Assembly (NCBI GenBank): GCA_035607055.1
Contig: DATNDC010000232.1
Span: forward strand, 1,913-65,912
Direction of reading: 5' to 3'
Length of the DNA stretch: 64,000 nucleotides
Source: Polyangia bacterium
GTDB lineage: Bacteria > Myxococcota_A > Polyangia > Fen-1088
The notes beneath the pieces were generated by a model. The model ran no database searches and was not told the origin of the DNA. It saw nothing but the letters and a program-made list of their open reading frames with translations. Within the stretch, counting starts at the first letter, position 1, and every line of letters begins with the position of its first letter. The translations under genes were made by a program, and so were the position numbers. Below are positions 28,532 to 36,603 of this stretch, in pieces.

Positions 28532-30151
28532 TCAAAACACGTAGACGGCTTGGCCCATGCCGCGGATGTTGTGCGGGTTGTCGGGGCCGCCAAGCTCGGG
28601 CGGTAGCTGCGGGTTGGCGAGGTACTTGACCTCCGTGTACTGGCCGGAGACGCCGATGCGGATGGACGGCGTGACGTCGAAGAAGAGGTTGCCGTCGGCG
28701 TAGAGCGAGGTGTCGGCCACCGTGCCGAGCAGCTCGATCTGCGCGCCACCCTGCGGGAAGAGCTGCCTCATGTTGGGCGAGTGCGCGTAGGTGAAGTTGG
28801 CCGCGAAGAGCAGCCGGCCGTCGAACACCGGCAGGTAGTACTGCAGGCCCGCCTTGTAAGCCCACCAGTTGATGGTGTGGAGGATCGCCGTCTGGACGTC
28901 GAACGTCACGAGGCCGTTGTCGATGTCGGAGGCGTACGCGGGCGGGGGCGAGGCCTGCGCCGGGTTCGGCAAGGTGGGGAACTTCGCGCCACCGCCGGTG
29001 GTCAAGAGGTCGGCGATGCCGTCGCCGATGACGAACGAGCCGGTCAGCGTGAGCCGGTTCCGGCGATCGTTGCCGTCGCTGGCGGGGATGACCGGCACCA
29101 ATCCGTCGACCGACAGGCCCCAGCCCTGGATGCTGTTCGAACGCTGCGTGGGGGGCGGCGCGAAGGCGTCGACCTTGAACTGGCGCACGATCCCCGAGAC
29201 GCCGATCGACAGCGGCGCGGCGACGGTCCGCACGTTCCCGGGGGTGGTGATCCCCTTCCAGCCGTTGAAGCTGATGCGCAGACCGCCCTCGAGGTCGGGG
29301 ATCTCCGAGTCGCGCTGCACGGGGCGCTCGGCCGAGACGGCGATGTCGACGCTGACGGGGCCGTCGCCGCCGAACGTGCGCGACAGGCGCAGCTGCGCGT
29401 TGCGCGAGAACAGCATGTTGGGGAGGCCCAGGAACTCGACCGAGCAGGGGAAGAAGTAGTTCTGCCAGCCGAACACGTCGTAGGTCTGCCCGGCCAGGAC
29501 GTCGACCAGGCCGCCTTCGAGCTTCAGGTAGGCGTGGCGGATCCGGAACAGCGGGCTGTCGTAGTAGGCGTTCTCCGAGCCGGTGGGCGGGGCGGTCTGG
29601 TTGCCGAAGAAGTCGCCTTCGAGCAGCGCCGACGGCCTGAGGCTGCCAATCTGCGGCGCCTGGAAGGCGAAGCCGAGGCGCGTGTTCCGCATGGAGAACT
29701 GCGTGCGGCCGGCCGTCCCTTCGTAGACGTACGAGTGTTGCACCAGCGCCGGGCCGATGTAGTCGTTGTAGCTGCGCGTGGTGTCGAAGATGTAGTCGGC
29801 CTCGACGAAGCCGTAGAAGGTGACCGACCACTTCTGTTTCCCTTCGCCGATGGAGAGCGTCAGCGGCGGACGATCGAACCAGGATCCGGTTGCTGGGTTG
29901 GCGCCCGGCGCCGGGATGGCGGGCGCCGGGACCGTCGGCATGACCGGCGGCGGCACGTCGGCCGTGGGCGGCACCGGCGCGGGAGACTCCGCGGGCGGGG
30001 TCGGCGCGGGAGACTCCGCGGGCGGCGCCGGCGGGGCCGGCTCCTGCGCGCGGGCGGGTCGCGCGCTCGCCGCGAAGGCGAGGGCGAGCCCGATGGCCAC
30101 GAGCGCGACGGGTTTCCGCGCCTGTCGGGATTCGGTCTGGCGATCGATCAT
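28532..30151 (-). CDS. putative outer-membrane porin (539 aa) with Pro/Ala-rich N-terminal region
   Basis: The ATG at 30151 overlaps the exuT stop (ATGA, 30148-30151). Signal peptide ...LALAFAASARPARAQE. PAPPAESPAPTPPAESPAP linker. Beta-rich body (WSVTFYGFVEADYIFDTT...). C-terminal GQAVYVF. The remainder of track ORF 28532..31321 is an alternate frame of exuT. Confidence 0.6.
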   Translation of the reverse strand: MIDRQTESRQARKPVALVAIGLALAFAASARPARAQEPAPPAPPAESPAPTPPAESPAPVPPTADVPPPVMPTVPAPAIPAPGANPATGSWFDRPPLTLSIGEGKQKWSVTFYGFVEADYIFDTTRSYNDYIGPALVQHSYVYEGTAGRTQFSMRNTRLGFAFQAPQIGSLRPSALLEGDFFGNQTAPPTGSENAYYDSPLFRIRHAYLKLEGGLVDVLAGQTYDVFGWQNYFFPCSVEFLGLPNMLFSRNAQLRLSRTFGGDGPVSVDIAVSAERPVQRDSEIPDLEGGLRISFNGWKGITTPGNVRTVAAPLSIGVSGIVRQFKVDAFAPPPTQRSNSIQGWGLSVDGLVPVIPASDGNDRRNRLTLTGSFVIGDGIADLLTTGGGAKFPTLPNPAQASPPPAYASDIDNGLVTFDVQTAILHTINWWAYKAGLQYYLPVFDGRLLFAANFTYAHSPNMRQLFPQGGAQIELLGTVADTSLYADGNLFFDVTPSIRIGVSGQYTEVKYLANPQLPPELGGPDNPHNIRGMGQAVYVF

Positions 30152-31551
30152 GTAGTGAGACCTCGTGCGGTTGTCTGGATGGGCTGGAAGGAGGGAGCCA
30201 GGAGGTGGTGGACGCCGAAGGCGACCAAGTACGCGCAGCCGCAGGCGGTGAAGAGCAGCGCGTAGCCGGCGGTGACGTTGCCGGCGGCGGCGAAGCGATC
30301 GAGCACGTGTCCGGTCAGGATCGGGAACCCGAAGCCGCACGCCGACCCGGCCATGGTGCCGATCCCCACGACCGAGGCGACCGCGCGCTTGGGGAACATG
30401 TCCGACACACTGGTGAACAGATTCGCCGACCAGGCCTGGTGCGAGGCCCCGGCGATCCCGATCAGGACCACCGCCGCCCAGTTGCCGACGTGCGTGACGG
30501 CGAAGATGGGGAGCACGGTGCAGGCGAAGGTGAAGAGGGCGATCTTCCGCGCGCGCGTCACGCTGAGGCCCCGGCTGGCGAGGAAGCCCGACAGCCAGCC
30601 GCCGAAGATGCTGAGGACGGTGACGATCGAATAGATCGTGACCAGGAGGACCCAGCTGCTCTTGATGGAGAGCCCGCGCGTCTGTTTGAAGTAGTCGGGG
30701 AGCCATATGAGGAAGAACCACCAGACCGGGTCGGTGAGGAACTTGGCGACGATGAACGCCCAGGCCTGCCGGTGGCGCAGGATGTCCCTCCAGGGGAACG
30801 GGGCCTCGTTGGCCGCCGCCGCGCCGTCCTGACTCCGGATGTACGCCAGCTCGTCGGGTCGCAGCTTGGCGCTCCGCTCGGGGATCTCGTACCAGGGGAT
30901 CCAGAACGCCAGCCAGACCAGTCCGGCGATCCCGGCGGCCACGAAGGCCGACCGCCACCCGAATGAAAAGGCCAGCCAGGGGACGACGGCGGGCGCGATG
31001 ATGGCGCCCACGTTGCTGCCGCTGTTGAAGAGCGCGGTCGCATAGGCGCGCTCGCGCGGCGGGAACCAGAGGGCGACCGCCTTGATGGCCGAGGGGAAGT
31101 TTCCCCCCTCGCCGAGCCCGAGCGCGACGCGGGCCGTGATGAAGCCGCTCACGCTCCCCACGAGGGCGTGGGACATCGCGGCCACGCTCCAGGCGGCGAT
31201 CGAGACGGCATAGCCGATCTTGGTGCCGACCTTGTCGATCGCCGCGCCGAACACCAGCGTTCCGCCCGCGTAGGCCAGCTGGAACGCGCCGTTGACCCAC
31301 CCGAACTCGGTGTTCGTCCACTTGAGCTGGCTGTCGAGGATCGGCTTGAGCAGCGAGAGGATCTGCCGGTCCATATAGTTGACCGTCGTGGCGAAGAAAA
31401 GCAGCGAGCAGATCAGCCAGCGGTAGCGCCCCACCGTGCTCGCCGTTTCACCGGCCGGCGCAGGGACGCTGGCGTCCCCCGTCAGGCCGGAGCCTGGGTT
31501 AGGCCCGGAAGAGAGCATGGGGAGGGAGGATGGCAGAGATGGTCGCGCCAC
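30148..31551 (-). CDS. exuT: MFS transporter, hexuronate (ExuT-like) family
   Basis: RWLICSLLFFATTVNYMDRQILSLLKP is the typical ExuT/ACS-family N-terminus. Multiple hydrophobic spans. Pectin-catabolic context. The start is uncertain (Met at 31551 or 31518). Confidence 0.7.
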   Translation of the reverse strand: MARPSLPSSLPMLSSGPNPGSGLTGDASVPAPAGETASTVGRYRWLICSLLFFATTVNYMDRQILSLLKPILDSQLKWTNTEFGWVNGAFQLAYAGGTLVFGAAIDKVGTKIGYAVSIAAWSVAAMSHALVGSVSGFITARVALGLGEGGNFPSAIKAVALWFPPRERAYATALFNSGSNVGAIIAPAVVPWLAFSFGWRSAFVAAGIAGLVWLAFWIPWYEIPERSAKLRPDELAYIRSQDGAAAANEAPFPWRDILRHRQAWAFIVAKFLTDPVWWFFLIWLPDYFKQTRGLSIKSSWVLLVTIYSIVTVLSIFGGWLSGFLASRGLSVTRARKIALFTFACTVLPIFAVTHVGNWAAVVLIGIAGASHQAWSANLFTSVSDMFPKRAVASVVGIGTMAGSACGFGFPILTGHVLDRFAAAGNVTAGYALLFTACGCAYLVAFGVHHLLAPSFQPIQTTARGLTT

Positions 31552-31674
31552 GGGGAGTCGCCGTCATGGGTTGCCGGATGTCGGACAAACGGCTCGTGAG
31601 CCTTCCGCCAAAGGTGCGGACACCCAGGTCTTCGAAGCTTCGGATTTCAAATGCATCAACCAGCGAGGGGATCG

Positions 31675-32394
31675 ATGACGACGATGAAGCGAATGGCGCC
31701 GTTCTGCGGGACGATCGCGCTCTTGGCCCAGGTTTTCGTTTTCCAAGGGTGTGGCAGCAGCAACACCGGCACGACCGGCACCGGCGGCTCGGCCCCCGAG
31801 GGGACCGGCGGCACGACGGGGGCGGGCGGGACGACCGGCACCGGCGGAACGGCCAGCTCGACAGGCGGGACGACGGGGACGGGCGGGACGGCCAGCTCGA
31901 CGGGCGGCACGGGCGGGACGGGCACCGCCGGCTTCGGGCAGCCGGCTTGCGGCAATACGATGGCAGGCGTGGCCATCGCCAAGGGGGTTACGTGCACCGC
32001 GGCCGACGCGACCGCAGGGACGCCGACGGCGCTCTGCTACAAGACCTGCGGCCCCGAGAAGCAGGGCGTGAAGTCGGAGACCTGCCCGGCGGGCGGCGGC
32101 ACCTACGCCGAGATGACCGGCTGCAGCTTCGACCCGAGCAAGGACTTCTCCTGCTACAAGGTTCCCGCGACCGTCGCCGATCAGAACGCGATGTGTCCGG
32201 CCACGGCCATCATGGCGGGCTCGGCCTGCAGCATCGCCGACTGCATCGTCTGCGGTCTGTCGGCGGGCTACATGGACTCGACCGGCGCGGCCAAGACCGG
32301 CTACTGCGTTTGCCAGGCGGGCGCCACCAGCCCGACCTGGAGCTGCGCCAGCAGCACCGCTTGGCCCTGCCCGAACGGCATGGGCTGCTTGTGA
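31675..32394 (+). CDS. lipoprotein with Gly/Thr linker and 16-Cys C-terminal domain
   Basis: GAGGGG lies 4 nt upstream of ATG 31675. Lipobox VFVFQGC. GT linker. The C-terminal ~150 aa contain 16 Cys (e.g. CYKTCGPEKQG, CIVCGLS, YCVCQAG, WPCPNGMGCL). No family recognised. Confidence 0.6.
   Translation: MTTMKRMAPFCGTIALLAQVFVFQGCGSSNTGTTGTGGSAPEGTGGTTGAGGTTGTGGTASSTGGTTGTGGTASSTGGTGGTGTAGFGQPACGNTMAGVAIAKGVTCTAADATAGTPTALCYKTCGPEKQGVKSETCPAGGGTYAEMTGCSFDPSKDFSCYKVPATVADQNAMCPATAIMAGSACSIADCIVCGLSAGYMDSTGAAKTGYCVCQAGATSPTWSCASSTAWPCPNGMGCL
31825..31902 (+). repeat. tandem 39-bp in-frame duplication encoding [13 protein letters not shown] twice
   Basis: Read directly: unit 1 at 31825-31863 and unit 2 at 31864-31902 differ at a few third-codon positions only. 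Confidence 0.85.
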
Positions 32395-32483
32395 CAGGGA
32401 CTCTCGCGGCACGATAGACGAAAGACACCGCGCGCACCGGCGCCATCCGGTGCGCGCGGACCAACATCAGTGGGAGACCGACG

Positions 32484-34199
32484 TTGAAGGCGATCCGCTT
32501 ACAGCCCCGAACGCTGCTGGCCGGCCTGACCGGAGTCCTCGGCGCGGCGTTGCTCCTCGGTGCTTCGTCGCTCGGCTGCGACACCGGCGGCGACATCGCG
32601 CCCACCGTCTACACCTGTGGGTCGACCGACAACACGGGGAACAACACCGACGGTTGGGTGCACGCGGGCGACCCTCACGCCTGTGACGACCTCGACGCCT
32701 TGTACCTGCCGCCGGAGCCGCCGCCGCCGCCCGATCCGACCGATCCCACCTGCATCCTGCCGGCGACCCACCACACCGAGGAGACGAACAACGGGTGGGT
32801 CCCCGACGAGACGGACGCCAGCGGCGCGTCAACCCTCGACACCGGCACCATCAATACCGCGCTCGGCCACTGCGCGGTGGTCAAGCTGGTCACGAACGGT
32901 GACAACAACGCCTTCGTCTCGGGGCCGATCACGATAGCGGCGCAGACGCTGTGGATCGACACCGGCGTGACGCTGTACGCCTCGCGCGACCCCAACCAGT
33001 ACTCCAATTCGCTGCAGGGGGTGGCCACCGACTGTGGCGAGTCGGGCGTGAACGATTCGTCCGCCTGCAAGAACTTCATCTCCGTCAACGCCGGCGCCAA
33101 CCCGCAGATCTACGGCGGCGGGATCATCGACGGGCAGGGGGGCGAGCCGCTCATCGGGCACGACTATTCGTGGTGGCAGCTCTCGTCGGCGCTGGCGATG
33201 ATCGACGGCAGCATCGGCAACCCGACGCTCATCAACCTGGGCTCCCAGGTCACCGGGTTCATCATGCACGGCATCACGCTGCACAACTCGCCCAAGTTCC
33301 ACGTCAAGATCACCTCCACACCGGCGCCGTTCGGCATCAACGCCCCCTGCACGACGCCGGGCGCCGGGTTCATCGTCTGGGGCGTGACCATCCTGACGCC
33401 GTCGCGTTGGTTCAACACCATGGGCTACCCGCTGTCGCCGCATCTGTCGCGCAACACCGACGGCATCGATCCGGGCGAGACCAACTTCGCCGCCTGCGGC
33501 GTGCTCGCCTATAACACCATCAGCACCGGCGACGACCACATCGCCATCAAGGGAGGCCACGGCATCAACAACGTCTACGTGGCCCACAACCACTTCGGCA
33601 CCGGCCACGGGATGTCCATCGGCAGCGAGACCTACGGCAACGTCAACGGCCTCAACGTCTGCGACCTCACCATCGACGCCGATTCGCGCCCGGTGGGGCA
33701 GGGGGCGAGCCCCGGCGACTTCAACGGCATCCGCGTCAAGTCCGACTCGAGTCGCGGCGGCATCGTCAACAATGTCCTCTTCAAGAACGTCTGCATGCGC
33801 GACGTGACCAACGCGATCCTGATCGACACCGCCTACAACCCGCTCTTCTCCGGGTCGCTGATCCCCAACTTCCAGACCATCACCTTCCAGAACATCCACG
33901 ACGTCACCTGCCTGGGCCAGACGCAGCCGGTGGTCACGCTGAACGGCTTCTCCCCCCTCTACCCCGCTGGTCCCATCACGCTCGACAACACCATCGTCGA
34001 CAACATCGGTCCGCAGGCGGTGGAGGCCGAGTTCTCCAACATCGTCACCGGGCCCGGTCCGGTGAACTACGCCCAGTACATCTCGGGCCAGGACGTGACC
34101 GTGACCCCGAGCTCGATGTCCCCGACCAACGCGCCGCCCATCGAATGCAACTTCCCCACGCTCACGACGCAGACCCCGCCGCCCGGATGGTTGCGCTGA
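32484..34199 (+). CDS. GH28 polygalacturonase, lipoprotein
   Basis: All four GH28 motifs are present: NTDGIDPG, GDDHIAIKGG, GTGHGMSIGSE and GIRVKSD. TTG start with GGGAG 7 nt upstream. Lipobox GASSLGC. Confidence 0.85.
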   Translation: MKAIRLQPRTLLAGLTGVLGAALLLGASSLGCDTGGDIAPTVYTCGSTDNTGNNTDGWVHAGDPHACDDLDALYLPPEPPPPPDPTDPTCILPATHHTEETNNGWVPDETDASGASTLDTGTINTALGHCAVVKLVTNGDNNAFVSGPITIAAQTLWIDTGVTLYASRDPNQYSNSLQGVATDCGESGVNDSSACKNFISVNAGANPQIYGGGIIDGQGGEPLIGHDYSWWQLSSALAMIDGSIGNPTLINLGSQVTGFIMHGITLHNSPKFHVKITSTPAPFGINAPCTTPGAGFIVWGVTILTPSRWFNTMGYPLSPHLSRNTDGIDPGETNFAACGVLAYNTISTGDDHIAIKGGHGINNVYVAHNHFGTGHGMSIGSETYGNVNGLNVCDLTIDADSRPVGQGASPGDFNGIRVKSDSSRGGIVNNVLFKNVCMRDVTNAILIDTAYNPLFSGSLIPNFQTITFQNIHDVTCLGQTQPVVTLNGFSPLYPAGPITLDNTIVDNIGPQAVEAEFSNIVTGPGPVNYAQYISGQDVTVTPSSMSPTNAPPIECNFPTLTTQTPPPGWLR

Positions 34200-35107
34200 T
34201 GTCGGCCCGCCGGATCGCTTTCCTCGTGCCGTGGCTGTTGCTCGGCGCCTGCACGACGAACACCGAGACACCGAACGGGAGCTGTCAGCTCGACGACGCG
34301 ATCACCGCCAGTTGCAACAGCACCAGCGCCGACGGTGGCGCGCCGCCGACGCTCGGCCTCACGGGCTACACCTGCACCGGGAGCGCGCGGCCCGATTTGG
34401 CGGCCAACTACGCCGGCGGCGTCCCGCAGGGGACGATCTGCGCCAACCAGATTCCGCCCGGCGACGGCGGGGCCCCGGTCAGCCCGCAGACCTATTGCTG
34501 CACGCCGCCCGACACGACCTGCGCCTACAACCCCACCGCCGACTGCGATCCCACGACGTACGGCTACGAGTGCCAGAACGTGAACCGGCCCGAGAGCTAC
34601 AACCCGAAGATCCAGTGCGGTCAAGGGGTGCGCGGCAACGAGCTCGTCGACTACTGCTGCACCGGGACCCCGGCGCCGATGTCGGCCACGTCGTGCCGCG
34701 AGCAAGACGGCCTCGCGGGCTGCGTGGCCGGGCTGGTCGGCTGGGTTTGCCCGCTGAACCTCCTCCCCAAGGGCCAGGACCTGATGTCCAACAAGAGCCG
34801 AGCCGACCAGTATTTCCTGCTCTGCTCGATGCCGCAGCTGGCGCCGGTGGGAAAGCTCAACGACTTCTGTTGCTATCCGCCGGCGCAGATCCCGCCCGGG
34901 GGGACCTGCACCGAGGACGTCCAGGTCTCGAACTGCAACCCGCTCACGCAGTTCGGCTTCGCCTGCTACGGCGACGACACGCCGGCGGACGACTACCCGC
35001 CGATCGTCTGCCCCAATTCCGGGACGCCCGGGACCAGCATGGAGGGTTATCCCGCCATGCTTTACTGCTGCAACTTCATCAACGGCGTCGACGCGGGCAC
35101 CAAGTAA
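34199..35107 (+). CDS. lipoprotein built from four tandem six-cysteine modules each ending in a Cys-Cys pair
   Basis: The ATG at 34199 shares one nucleotide with the GH28 stop (TGATG). Lipobox WLLLGAC. 24 Cys after the lipobox, arranged as 4 x [C-x7-9-C ... aromatic-x-C ... C ... aromatic-C-C] (YCCTPP, YCCTG, FCCYPP, YCCNF). Confidence 0.6.
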   Translation: MSARRIAFLVPWLLLGACTTNTETPNGSCQLDDAITASCNSTSADGGAPPTLGLTGYTCTGSARPDLAANYAGGVPQGTICANQIPPGDGGAPVSPQTYCCTPPDTTCAYNPTADCDPTTYGYECQNVNRPESYNPKIQCGQGVRGNELVDYCCTGTPAPMSATSCREQDGLAGCVAGLVGWVCPLNLLPKGQDLMSNKSRADQYFLLCSMPQLAPVGKLNDFCCYPPAQIPPGGTCTEDVQVSNCNPLTQFGFACYGDDTPADDYPPIVCPNSGTPGTSMEGYPAMLYCCNFINGVDAGTK

Positions 35108-35190
35108 CGTCCCGGGGCGCTTAGGGGCCTCGCTTCGCTCGGCCCTGCTCGCTTGGCTTCGCTTCGTCGTAATTGAACCCGAGCCGCGCG

Positions 35191-35346
35191 CGGAATCGAG
35201 GTCGCCCGCCCGGTCTCTCGCCCGCCTCCGCGCGCGAACTTTTTCCGGCGCGTGGGCTGCGCTCACGTTTTGAAATGGCAGCCCACGCGCCGGAAAAAGT
35301 CCCGTGCGGAGGATCGGGCGGGCGAGCGGGCGGCGCTCGATTCCGC
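35191..35346. repeat. 156-bp imperfect palindrome (foldback) between convergent genes
   Basis: Arms are 35191-35260 and 35278-35346 around a 17-nt loop gctcacgttttgaaatg. The inner 21 bp are perfect (tttttccggcgcgtgggctgc / gcagcccacgcgccggaaaaa). The outer ends match again (cggaatcgag / ctcgattccg). Confidence 0.9.
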
Positions 35347-35366
35347 ACGGAGCGGGGATCTCCCGC

Positions 35367-36296
35367 TTACGGGCGGCTTGGTGAAGGCGGCGCGAGGTAC
35401 TCGTCGGGCGCGTCGACGAAACCCCAGGCGCGGAGCTGGCGCACCCAGGACCCGAGGCTCTCTCGGGTCACCCGCACGAGCTCGAGGGGGATCCGCGAGG
35501 GCACGGCCTTGCCCCGCAGCAGCTTGTCGACGATCGTGTCGACGCCGACCTCGCCCCAAAGGTAGGTCGGCTGCGCCAGCAGCACCGGCGCCAGGCCCTT
35601 CTCGACGTAGAGCAGCTGGGGCGGGATGGCGTTGATGGAGACGATCGTCGGCACCATCAGCTTGGGCGTTCCCGACTCGATCTCGTGCAGCAGCGTCTGC
35701 GTGTAGAGGGGCCAGCCGCCGACCATGGCCCAGCCGGCGATGTCGGGATGCTCGGCCTCGGCGCTCATGACGGCGGCCGTCGCTTCCTGGGGGGTCTCCA
35801 CGTGGAAGTAGGGGCCGAGGACGGTGAGCCCGGGGTGGTGGGCCGCCTCGCTCATCACGCCCTCGACGCGCCGGCGGAGGTTGGGGGCGTTGCGGTTTCC
35901 GGCCAGCACCGCGACTTTTCCGTGGCGCGGGATGAGCTGCGCCAGCTCGCGCATGACCGCCTGGCCGGCCTTGAAGTCGTCGACGCCACACTCCGCGAAC
36001 CGACGCGAGTCGGGCGCGTCGCTGTCGAAGGTCATGACCGGCACGCCATGCGCGACGGCGTCGTCGATGGCGGGCGTGACGCGCTTGACGTCGGAGGCGG
36101 AGAGCAGCACGGCGTCGACTTTGTCGCTGACGGCTTGCTGGATGCGCTCCACCTGCGCGGCGGCGTCTTCACGCGGCGGCGTCAGCCACTCGATCTCGAT
36201 GGGCCGCCCCAGCTCGGCCGACAGCGCCCGCGCGCGGTTCTCGGCGCCGAGACGCGAGGCGAGAAACGACGGATTGCTCGCGCTCTTGGCGATCAT
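35367..36296 (-). CDS. periplasmic sugar-binding protein (PBP type I, ABC/LacI-like fold), orphan
   Basis: IEWLTPPREDAAAQVERIQQAVSDKVDAVLLSASD...DDAVAHGVPVMTFDSD is typical of Peripla_BP sugar-binding proteins. No permease or ATPase gene is adjacent. The frame stays open upstream and encodes a lipoprotein signal without a canonical start (see findings). Confidence 0.65.
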   Translation of the reverse strand: MIAKSASNPSFLASRLGAENRARALSAELGRPIEIEWLTPPREDAAAQVERIQQAVSDKVDAVLLSASDVKRVTPAIDDAVAHGVPVMTFDSDAPDSRRFAECGVDDFKAGQAVMRELAQLIPRHGKVAVLAGNRNAPNLRRRVEGVMSEAAHHPGLTVLGPYFHVETPQEATAAVMSAEAEHPDIAGWAMVGGWPLYTQTLLHEIESGTPKLMVPTIVSINAIPPQLLYVEKGLAPVLLAQPTYLWGEVGVDTIVDKLLRGKAVPSRIPLELVRVTRESLGSWVRQLRAWGFVDAPDEYLAPPSPSRP

Positions 36297-36603
36297 CGCG
36301 ATCCGGAACGGCGGCTTGGGCGGCGCCGGGGCACCGGTGGCGATGCCGCTGGCGTGGGATTGGCAGGCGCCGGCCGTCAGGGCGGCGGCGGCGAAGGCCG
36401 CCAGACGCGCGGCGAGACGGGCACCGCTCGCTTCGGGCTCACTGGGACTGAGTTGACCCCCGGCCGGAAGACGGCTCAGTCGGGCGGCTCGTCCGGTGCG
36501 CGCCGGTACGCCCCTGACACGCCTCCGGCGCAGCCCCGGCGCGTCGTGCCCCTGGCGCGTGAGGAAGGGTTCGTGTCACCGTGATCGGGTGCCCCTCCCC
36601 GGC

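Noticed and set aside
28452-31321. Long alternate-frame ORFs across the porin and exuT genes (28452..29831 -, 28781..30265 +, and the upper part of 28532..31321 -)
   Set aside because: Their composition is Arg/Pro/Gly-rich without motifs. The in-frame porin start at 30151, coupled to the exuT stop, explains the region.
35191-35346. Reading the large palindrome as a bidirectional intrinsic terminator, or as the coding ORFs 35173..35565 + and 35121..35348 -
   Set aside because: The T5 and A5 runs flank the stem in the wrong orientation to give a U-tail on either strand. The two ORFs are mirror-image artefacts of the palindrome with no SD or motif.
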